DNA from: Thermomicrobiales bacterium
GTDB taxonomy: Bacteria > Chloroflexota > Limnocylindria > Limnocylindrales > CSP1-4
DNA: 36,528 nucleotides
Direction of reading: 5' to 3'
Assembly (NCBI GenBank): GCA_031421095.1
Contig: JANONZ010000283.1
Coordinates: forward strand, 1 to 36,528
The notes beneath the pieces were generated by a model. It had not been told where the DNA came from, did not search any database, and saw only the letters and a program-made list of their open reading frames with translations. Each line of letters begins with the position of its first letter. The first letter of the stretch is position 1. This document shows positions 25,562 through 32,689 of this stretch, piece after piece. The translations under genes were made by a program, and so were the position numbers.

Positions 25562-26741
25562 CCGGCGCCCGGTCGGGTTCGGCCGTCGCGATCTTCCGGC
25601 GGCTGCTGCGCCGGTCGGTGACGCCGTCCCGTTCCCGCCCGGCGCGATCCAGCTCGATGACGACATCGTTGCCGGCCTGATCCCACCCCGCCCGGCGCGC
25701 GGCCACAAGGGCTCGTTCGGCAAGTTGTTGGTCATCGCCGGTTCACTCGACTACGCGGGGGCCGCACTCCTCGTCTGCCGTGCGGCGGGCCGGGCCGGGG
25801 CTGGCCTGGTCACGCTGGCCGTCCCCGAATCGCTCCAGCCGCTCTTCGCGGCCAAGGTCATCGAGGCCACGACGATGGCGCTGCCTGAGGACGATCTCGA
25901 GGAGGTGGACCCTGAACCGGCGCTCGCCCGCATCCTCGATCACGAACACGATGCGATCGTCGTCGGTCCCGGCCTGCGGCCTGGGCTGACCACCGCCGAG
26001 CTCGTCCGCCTGTTGCTGCCGGCCTCCGGCGATACGGACCCAGCGCCGATCCTCCTCGACGCCGAGGCGTTGCGGTCGTTGGCCACGATGGACCACTGGT
26101 GGGAGGGCGACCGTCGACCGGCCGTCCTGACCCCGCACGCCGGGGAGTTCGCTCGTCTACGGGCGGGCAGCGGCCACTCCGAGGACCTCGACGGCAACCT
26201 TGTCGACGACGACACGGCCCGACTGGCGGCCGCCGTGAGCGCTGCGGCGGAATGGGGATCGGTCGTCGTCCTGAAGGGGGCCCGGACGATCATCGCGGCG
26301 CCCGACGGCACGGCCTCGATCGCGCCGTTCGAGAACCCGGCCCTCGCGACCGGGGGGACTGGCGACGTCCTCGCCGGTGCGATCGGGTCGCTGCTTGCGC
26401 AAGGGATGGACCCCTACGCTGCGGCGTGTCTGGGGGTCTACCTGCACGGCCTGGCGGGTGACGGGGTCCGCGAGCGATTCGGGGACGCCGGGCTGCTGGC
26501 CTCCGACTTGCCCGAAGGTCTGGCCGTCGCTCGGAAGCGACTGGCGGCCCTCGCCGAGCGACGCGCCGTTTCCAAGCGCCTCGGTTTTGTGGCACGGGAG
26601 ACAGCCGGTCACGCCGCAGAGTCCGCGCCCGATCCGATCGCTGTGCCTGCAACGGCCCCGGCAAGCAACCCGGCGCCGGCGCCGGCGCGCGGTTCGGATG
26701 GCTCGGACGGCGACCACGGCGACCACGGCGACCACGGCTGA
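25554..26741 (+). CDS. nnrD: ADP-dependent NAD(P)H-hydrate dehydratase (YjeF C-terminal-type, stand-alone)
   Basis: Start placed at ATG 25554 (8-nt overlap with acpS). Motifs HKGSFGKLLVIAGS..Y.GAA.L, LTPH.GEF, VVLKGA.T.IA and GGTGDVLAGAIGSLLAQG. There is no N-terminal epimerase domain. The track start at 25389 lies in the acpS tail in another frame. Confidence 0.85.
   Translation: MADRRPVGFGRRDLPAAAAPVGDAVPFPPGAIQLDDDIVAGLIPPRPARGHKGSFGKLLVIAGSLDYAGAALLVCRAAGRAGAGLVTLAVPESLQPLFAAKVIEATTMALPEDDLEEVDPEPALARILDHEHDAIVVGPGLRPGLTTAELVRLLLPASGDTDPAPILLDAEALRSLATMDHWWEGDRRPAVLTPHAGEFARLRAGSGHSEDLDGNLVDDDTARLAAAVSAAAEWGSVVVLKGARTIIAAPDGTASIAPFENPALATGGTGDVLAGAIGSLLAQGMDPYAAACLGVYLHGLAGDGVRERFGDAGLLASDLPEGLAVARKRLAALAERRAVSKRLGFVARETAGHAAESAPDPIAVPATAPASNPAPAPARGSDGSDGDHGDHGDHG
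26709..26735 (+). repeat. Perfect 9-bp x3 tandem repeat at the 3' end of nnrD
   Basis: GGCGACCAC x3, followed by GGC TGA. This encodes GDH-GDH-GDH-G as the extreme C-terminus. Confidence 0.95.
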
Positions 26742-26763
26742 CGCGGCGCATGGCCCGTCTCGG

Positions 26764-28008
26764 ATGATGGTTCCGGCCCGCGTCCCGATCGAAATACGCC
26801 TGGCGGCTGCCGGCCTGCCACCGCTGCCGCGGACCGCCTGGCTGGAGATCGACCTCGATGCCCTCCGCGCCAACCTGGACGTCGTCCGTGAGCTGGCCGG
26901 CCCCGGGGTCCCGATCCGGCCCGTGGTCAAGGCGGATGCCTATGGGCATGGAGCGGTCCCGATCGCCCTGGCGCTCGAACGTGTGGGCGTCGATGGGCTG
27001 TGCGTGGCAACCTTCGATGAGGCACTCGAGCTGCGAGTCGGCGGCGTCCGCGGACGGATCCTCGTCCTCTATCCCGTCCCCGCGAGCTGGGTCGGCGAGG
27101 CGGCTCGCCTTGGGATCGCGATGGCCGCCGGCGACCTGGCGGGGCTGCAGGAAGTGGTCCGAGCTGCTGCCGGATCGGTGGGCGGGGCGAAAGTCGGGAT
27201 CGAGCTCGAAGTGGAGACCGGCCTCGGGCGTGGCGGTTTCCGCGCCGAGGACGTGGGGCCCGCGGCTCGGCTGATCGCGAGCGCCCCGGGTGTCGAGCTG
27301 ACCGGCCTGTGGACCCACTTCCAGGCCATCGAGGACCCAGCGATCACGACCGATCAGGTCGCGCGATTCGAGGCGGCGGTGGGCGCGGTCCAGGCCGCCG
27401 GCGTCCGGCTGCCGCCACGCCATGCAGCCGCCAGCGCGGGCCTCATCGCGGACGGTGTGATGGCCTACGAGGGCGCCCGGCCCGGCCTGGCCATGTATGG
27501 GCTCATGCCTGACGAGCTCGCGCCGACCGACGTCCCGACCTGGGTCGCGGCCGGGCTGCGGCCGGTCATGGCCCTTGTGGCCCGTCCGGTGCGCGTACTG
27601 GAACTGCCGACCGGCTGGGGGATCAGCTATGGCCCCACCTTCCGCACGGACCGACCGAGTCGTATCGCGACCCTGCCCGTCGGCTACGCCGACGGCTGGT
27701 CGCGCCGCCTGGCCAACCGGGCGAGCGCCATCGTCCGGGGCGTACGTGTGCCGCTCGTCGGCAACGTCGCCATGGACGCGGTCATGGCCGACGTGACAGA
27801 TGTGCCTGGCACGGCCGTGGATGGCGGCGACGAATTCGTCCTGTTGGGTGGAGACGGGAACGATCGGATCACTGCCGCGGAGTTGGCGCAGGCGCGCACC
27901 ACCAACTCGTGGGAGGTGGTCACGAACATGTCCCGACGACTGCCTCGGGTGTACCATGCGGCGGCTGTCCCGGTCGCTCTGCGGACGCTCGGCGAGCTGA
28001 GAGGGTAG
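26764..28008 (+). CDS. alr: Alanine racemase
   Basis: Start placed at ATG 26764. PLP-lysine motif PVVKADAYGHGAV, then THF, and VGYADGW.R plus VMADVT. 414 aa. The upstream part of the track ORF overlaps nnrD out of frame. Confidence 0.93.
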   Translation: MMVPARVPIEIRLAAAGLPPLPRTAWLEIDLDALRANLDVVRELAGPGVPIRPVVKADAYGHGAVPIALALERVGVDGLCVATFDEALELRVGGVRGRILVLYPVPASWVGEAARLGIAMAAGDLAGLQEVVRAAAGSVGGAKVGIELEVETGLGRGGFRAEDVGPAARLIASAPGVELTGLWTHFQAIEDPAITTDQVARFEAAVGAVQAAGVRLPPRHAAASAGLIADGVMAYEGARPGLAMYGLMPDELAPTDVPTWVAAGLRPVMALVARPVRVLELPTGWGISYGPTFRTDRPSRIATLPVGYADGWSRRLANRASAIVRGVRVPLVGNVAMDAVMADVTDVPGTAVDGGDEFVLLGGDGNDRITAAELAQARTTNSWEVVTNMSRRLPRVYHAAAVPVALRTLGELRG

Positions 28009-28009
28009 G

Positions 28010-28522
28010 TTGGCGCGCATCGAACTCTGGAACGGGGACATCTGCGAGCTGGAGGTCGACGCCATCGTGAACCCGGCGAACCTGTCGCTCTGGATGTCCA
28101 CGGGCGTCGGCGGGGCCCTCAAACGGGCAGGCGGTGACGCGATCGAGTTCGCGGCGGTTCGTCAGGCCCCGGTGCCGCTTGGTGGCGCGATCGTGACGCC
28201 GGCCGGCAGGCTGGCCGCCCGTGCCGTCATCCATGCCGTGTCACTGGATCGAGACCGCCGCACCAGCGCCCCGGTCATCGAGGCCGCGGTTCGGAGCGCC
28301 ATGGCGAGGGCGCGCGAGATCGGCGCCACGAGCATCGCGTTCCCGGCGCTCGGCACAGGTGTCGGTGGCTTTCCACTCGAGGATGCGGCCCGGATCACCG
28401 TCGATACCGTCCGCGACGAGCTCCCGGCGAGCCCGGTCATCGCTCACGTCATCTTCGCCCTCCGCGGTATGGAGGCGTACCGGGCCTCAGCGCCGCGCTC
28501 CACCCGGTGCCCGAAGCCGTGA
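28010..28522 (+). CDS. Macro-domain protein (ADP-ribose binding / O-acetyl-ADP-ribose deacetylase-like)
   Basis: 170 aa, TTG start 1 nt after the alr stop. GDICELEVDAIVNPANLSL.MSTGVGGALKRAGG, then AVIHAV and SIAFPALGTGVGGFPLEDAA match the macro-domain signature. Confidence 0.8.
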   Translation: MARIELWNGDICELEVDAIVNPANLSLWMSTGVGGALKRAGGDAIEFAAVRQAPVPLGGAIVTPAGRLAARAVIHAVSLDRDRRTSAPVIEAAVRSAMARAREIGATSIAFPALGTGVGGFPLEDAARITVDTVRDELPASPVIAHVIFALRGMEAYRASAPRSTRCPKP

Positions 28523-28535
28523 AGGGGGGCAAGGC

Positions 28536-28826
28536 GTGACCTTCCCGTATGACGCGACGGAGGAACAGCGCGACGAACTGGTCGAGCAGGTCGCGCGCGA
28601 GATCCAGCTGCGTGGGCTGACCGGTCCGGCTGTCCATTTTCTGGAAGCCAGCCGGCCGTATCGGGCGCTTGGTGCGAACGCCATGCTCTTCTTCGATCCG
28701 GTCCTGCGCGGGGTGTTCGGTGGCGACATGGCCTCGGCCAGCGAGATCCTCGCCGACGACACTGGCATCGAATTGCTGATCGCCCGCCTCGAGGAGACAG
28801 ACGACGACATCGTCTGGGACGCCTGA
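28536..28826 (+). CDS. Hypothetical 96-aa acidic protein
   Basis: GTG 28536 is preceded by a GAAGGGGGG SD-like run. In-frame sequence: VTFPYDATEEQRDELVEQVAREIQLRGLTGPAVHFLEASRPYRALGANAMLFFDPVLRGVFGG...ETDDDIVWDA. High G/C at third positions. I recognise no family. The upstream part of track ORF 28221.. is an off-frame read of the macro gene. Confidence 0.55.
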   Translation: MTFPYDATEEQRDELVEQVAREIQLRGLTGPAVHFLEASRPYRALGANAMLFFDPVLRGVFGGDMASASEILADDTGIELLIARLEETDDDIVWDA

Positions 28827-28877
28827 CCAGACGACGCGCCGGATCGGCCGACGGTCGTCCCGGGGTAGCATGACCGG

Positions 28878-30482
28878 GTGACGAGCGAGCCTAGAGCCTT
28901 CCTCGCCCTCGATGCGGGCGCGGCCACCATCGCCGCCAGCCTCATCGGGCGGATCGCCGGGCGCTGGCGCCTCATCGGCTCGCTGGCGTTGCCGGCGGGA
29001 GCTGACCCAGCGGCCGTTGCGTCCGCCCTCGTGGACCGAGCGATGGCGGCCGACCCGGACCTTGCAGGTTCCATCGGCCTGCGTGCCGGCATCGCCGCGG
29101 ACCTCCCGCGGCTCTCCGTCGCGAGCCACCGCCCGCAGCGTCTCGCGGTGGTAGCGGCCTCCGAACGAGCCCTGGCACCCCTGCTCGCGATAGCCTCGCG
29201 CAGCGGTTGGCGGACCGTCGCGGCGAACGCCGAGACGACCGACCCACTGGCAATGTCACGGTTGCTCCTGGAGAGCGATGTACGGGGCATCCTGGTCGGT
29301 GCGGGCGACCCGCCCGCCGCCGATGAGCGGCGCGGCCTGAACGAGCTGGCGGCGCTCGTGGCGGCAGTCGCCCAGCGCCGGCAGGATCTGACGGTGATCC
29401 TCGCCGGGGGGATGGCCGCGCACCTGCGCTCGTTCGGCGACGTGACGGCGCGACCAGGGGAGGTGCTGCTCGGGCCTGCGGCCGGGCGAGGTCACGCTGG
29501 CGGACCGCTTGGGGAACTCCTGCTGGAGTTGGCCCTGCCTGCCGACGACGCTCGTCGTGCACTGGGCGCCGGCGCCCAGACGCTGGCTGACATCCTCGAT
29601 CGACGGGTCGACGTCGTTGAGATCGGCTATGACGCCGGGAGCCGGGCCGGGGCCTGGCCGGCCGTCGGCAATGGTGGCTCCGGCCTGGACCTGGCCGTCG
29701 TCTCGAGCGCGGCCCTCGTCCCGGATGACCCCGACGACACGTTCCTGGATGGGGTGGCAAGGTGGTCGACCCTTGGCGCGGACCGACATCGGCTGCGCGA
29801 TCGCCTGCACGAACTGCGGATCGCGCCATGGGCCGATGCGACCGGAGATGGAGCGGCCCTGCGGATGGCCGCGGCACGGGTCGCGCTTGGCCACTTGGCC
29901 GCGTCCACCCCGGGCTGGGCCGATCGTCCGGCCGCCGACCTCGTCGTGGCGACCGGCGGAGTCTGGGCGGTCGCGCCCGCACCCGCCGTTGCGCTCGCCC
30001 TCGTCGATGTGTTGCGCCGGCCGGGCGCAAGCCAGTTCGCGCTCGACCATGCTCGGCTGCTCGCGCCCCTGGGCGTTATCCCCGATGCCGACGAGCGACG
30101 GGCGATGATCGCCGACCTCGCCGACGACCTTCTCGCACCGGTAGGGACCATCGTGATTCCCGCCGGGCTGCGCCCCCGTCACACGGCCGGAGCGCTCGTC
30201 GTCCACGGCGCGACGGGCTCGACGGAACTGGACCTCGTGCCGGGCGGCCTGTCGCTCGTGGACCTACCGCCCGGGACGTCGGCCGTGGCTGAGTTCCGCT
30301 TTCGGGACACGGTTCGGATGGGCGCCACGGGCCGGCACTTCGCCATCGATGTGACCGGCGGCCTGGGTGGGCTGCTGGTCGACATGCGGGACGTGCCGCT
30401 GCGACTGCCCGATCGCGCCGACCGCCGTGGGGAGCTGCTCGAGGCCTGGCAGGCCTCGCTGCGGGACGGGCGCGCACGATGA
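28878..30482 (+). CDS. Hypothetical 534-aa protein, possibly ASKHA-fold / glutamate-mutase MutL-like
   Basis: GTG start. N-terminal FLALDAGAATIAASLIG resembles an ASKHA phosphate-1 strand-loop (DxGxT) with Ser/Thr replaced by Ala. A later DLVVATGGVWAV resembles the TGG adenosine/phosphate-2 region. Long Ala/Leu/Gly-rich ORF with strong third-position G/C. The family assignment is from memory only. Confidence 0.45.
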   Translation: MTSEPRAFLALDAGAATIAASLIGRIAGRWRLIGSLALPAGADPAAVASALVDRAMAADPDLAGSIGLRAGIAADLPRLSVASHRPQRLAVVAASERALAPLLAIASRSGWRTVAANAETTDPLAMSRLLLESDVRGILVGAGDPPAADERRGLNELAALVAAVAQRRQDLTVILAGGMAAHLRSFGDVTARPGEVLLGPAAGRGHAGGPLGELLLELALPADDARRALGAGAQTLADILDRRVDVVEIGYDAGSRAGAWPAVGNGGSGLDLAVVSSAALVPDDPDDTFLDGVARWSTLGADRHRLRDRLHELRIAPWADATGDGAALRMAAARVALGHLAASTPGWADRPAADLVVATGGVWAVAPAPAVALALVDVLRRPGASQFALDHARLLAPLGVIPDADERRAMIADLADDLLAPVGTIVIPAGLRPRHTAGALVVHGATGSTELDLVPGGLSLVDLPPGTSAVAEFRFRDTVRMGATGRHFAIDVTGGLGGLLVDMRDVPLRLPDRADRRGELLEAWQASLRDGRAR

Positions 30483-31468
30483 GCGGGTCGTCGGATCTCG
30501 AGCTCGTGCCTGCACGTCGCCTGGTGACGGCTCCGGTAGATGTCGTCTTCGCCCTCGCGCCGGGTGACCGGCCACTCGTGACGGCCGGTGACTCGGTCGT
30601 GGTCGGCGCACCGATCGCCGAGCGCCTGCGGGACTCTCGTCTCGACGAGATCATCATCGCGGACCCAGCGGAAGCACGTCCCGGTGCTCATTGGGCCGGC
30701 AACGCCAAACGGGGCGAGCCGCGTGGCCCGGGCGGGGAATTCATGTTCCTGTGGCGTGGCCGCTGGCGCGTCGCAACGGGCGACATCGCCGATCCCATCG
30801 AGTCACCGTTCGCGGGCATCGTCCGCGACGTCCGACCCGGCACGGCCATCACCATCCGGGCGGCCGGCCGCGGGCTGCGTGGCGTGATGGCGCTGGGCAG
30901 CCCGACGCGCGGACGCCTCCGGGCGGGATCCGATCGAGAGCTTCGTTCGGGTGGGCTCGATGTCGGGTCGGCCGGGACGATCCTCGTCGTCGGCTCGCGG
31001 GTCGATGCCGAGACCCTCACGCGCGCGCGCGCCATGGGCGTCCGTGGAGTCATCGTGGCGGGAGTGTCGAGCAAGGAGCGTCGAGACTTCCTCGCGTCGG
31101 AAGCACGCCAGCGCGCGGCCCTCCACCGCCTGCCGCCGTTCGCTGTCCTCGTCCTTGACGGAGCGACCAGACGACCGATGGGCGATGCGGTGCTGACCCT
31201 GCTGGGCGCACTGACTGGCCATGAGGTGGCCATCGTGACCGATCCGCCGATGCTGGTCTTCGATCGACCGGCACTGGCGGTGCCCGCTCCGCCGGCCGAT
31301 CTTGTGCGCATCCGTGCCGGCATGTTCGCGGGCCGCGAAGGGCGCTTCCTGGAGGCGATCGGGGCACGTCGATTCGCCGGTGGCGTCCACCTGGAGGCGG
31401 GCCTGGTCCGGCTACCAGACGGCACGACGACGACGGTCCCGATGGGCGACCTCGAGCGCTTCGTCTGA
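30479..31468 (+). CDS. Hypothetical 329-aa protein; hybrid-barrel-like N-terminus, KOW-like C-terminus
   Basis: ATGA overlap with the preceding gene. LVTAGDSVVVGAPIAE ... IESPFAGIVRDVRPGTAITIRA resembles a barrel-sandwich hybrid (lipoyl/RnfC-N-like) motif. The C-terminal DLVRIRAGMFAGREGRFLEAIG...VRLPDGTTTTVPMGDLERF resembles a KOW/SH3-like module. No family recognised. Confidence 0.45.
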   Translation: MSGSSDLELVPARRLVTAPVDVVFALAPGDRPLVTAGDSVVVGAPIAERLRDSRLDEIIIADPAEARPGAHWAGNAKRGEPRGPGGEFMFLWRGRWRVATGDIADPIESPFAGIVRDVRPGTAITIRAAGRGLRGVMALGSPTRGRLRAGSDRELRSGGLDVGSAGTILVVGSRVDAETLTRARAMGVRGVIVAGVSSKERRDFLASEARQRAALHRLPPFAVLVLDGATRRPMGDAVLTLLGALTGHEVAIVTDPPMLVFDRPALAVPAPPADLVRIRAGMFAGREGRFLEAIGARRFAGGVHLEAGLVRLPDGTTTTVPMGDLERFV

Positions 31469-31541
31469 AACAAGTCCCCACACCATCGCCATCGTCGGCG
31501 CCGGCACGTTCGGCGGCCCCTCCCGCCTTCGGCTACGCTCG

Positions 31542-32018
31542 ATGACGATGCCTGCCGCCAGCCCTCTCGAGCGCCATCTGCTCTGTGCCGACCCCGACGC
31601 CACGGCTGCCCTCGGTCGGGCGCTGGCGGCTGCAGCGGAGCCGGGCGACCTGATCTGCCTGTGGGGCGACCTGGGTGCCGGCAAGACCTGGCTGGCCAAG
31701 GCGTTCGGGTCCGCCCTCGGGGTGGCCGAGACGATCACCTCGCCGAGCTTCATCCTGATGGCCGAGTACGAGGGTCGCCTCCCACTCTTCCACATCGACC
31801 TGTACCGACTGGCCGACGCGAGCGACGCCCTCTCAGGGGGCCTCATCGACGATCGTCAGGCGGCGGGGGTCACGCTTGTCGAGTGGCCGGAGCGGCTGGG
31901 CCCGGCCCTGCCGGGTCAGCGTCTCGACGTCGTCATCGCCGGTTCCGGGGACGACCCGCGGGAGATCACGCTGCGCGCCGGCGTCCCGGGTTTGCGGCGC
32001 TACCTGGAGGTCGCGTGA
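31542..32018 (+). CDS. tsaE: tRNA t6A37 biosynthesis ATPase TsaE
   Basis: Start at ATG 31542 (or ATG 31548). GDLGAGKTWLAKAF, ITSPSFILMAEY and LFHIDLYRL motifs. ~158 aa. The track start at 31302 overlaps the previous gene. Confidence 0.9.
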   Translation: MTMPAASPLERHLLCADPDATAALGRALAAAAEPGDLICLWGDLGAGKTWLAKAFGSALGVAETITSPSFILMAEYEGRLPLFHIDLYRLADASDALSGGLIDDRQAAGVTLVEWPERLGPALPGQRLDVVIAGSGDDPREITLRAGVPGLRRYLEVA

Positions 32019-32689
32019 ACCCAGCGGCCGGCAGTCCGGCCATCCTTGCCATCGACACGGCGACGACGCGGGTGGTCGTCGCCCTTGGCACGACCGACGG
32101 CGGCCTCGTCGATGTCGCCGAATGGCCGGCTGGCTACCGGCACGGGGAGACGCTGCTGCCCGCGATCGAGGCATCGCTCGCGCGGTCCGGCATCGCGACC
32201 GCGGACCTGACGGCGATCGTGGTCGGGACGGGCCCCGGGGCCTTCACCGGCCTCCGGGTCGGGATCGCGACCGCCAAGGGCCTCGCCCATGCCCTGGGCG
32301 TGCCGATCATCGGCGTATCCACGGCTGACGCCCTGCTCGCTGCCGCACCACCAGGTGCCGTCCTGCTCCTGCCGGCCGGTCCATCCGACCGGTTGGTGGT
32401 GGGCCGCGGGACGCCGGCGCGCCTCCTGCCTGCCGGTCTGGAGCCTGAAGTCACAGACGGTGGTCCGCTCATCGCCATCGACCTTGATGGCCGCGCCCCG
32501 ACCGATGCACTGGATCGTGGTCGGAGCGCTCGGGACGGCCTGGGCGCCTCGCTCATCGCGATCGGGGCGGCACGCCTGGCCGCGGGCGAGGTGGACGATC
32601 TGGCCGGACTCGTACCGGAATACGTGACCCTGCCGCGCGGGATCAGCACGGAGAGCGGAGGGGTGTCGTGGTCGCGCGACCGCCGCTGA
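32015..32689 (+). CDS. tsaB: tRNA t6A37 biosynthesis protein TsaB
   Basis: GTG 32015 (GTGA overlap with tsaE). ILAIDTATTRVVVAL, H.ETLLPAIE, and IVVGTGPGAFTGLRVGIATAKGLAHALGVPIIGVS. Confidence 0.9.
   Translation: MNPAAGSPAILAIDTATTRVVVALGTTDGGLVDVAEWPAGYRHGETLLPAIEASLARSGIATADLTAIVVGTGPGAFTGLRVGIATAKGLAHALGVPIIGVSTADALLAAAPPGAVLLLPAGPSDRLVVGRGTPARLLPAGLEPEVTDGGPLIAIDLDGRAPTDALDRGRSARDGLGASLIAIGAARLAAGEVDDLAGLVPEYVTLPRGISTESGGVSWSRDRR

Noticed and set aside
28009-28900. A mazEF/ndoAI-ndoA-type toxin-antitoxin pair downstream of alr (as in Bacillus), or a DarTG-type macro-domain TA system.
   Set aside because: The two small genes here are a complete 170-aa macro domain and an acidic 96-aa protein. 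Neither shows MazF/PemK or MazE/AbrB-like sequence. The macro protein lacks the extra C-terminal domain of DarG, and no DarT-like gene is present.
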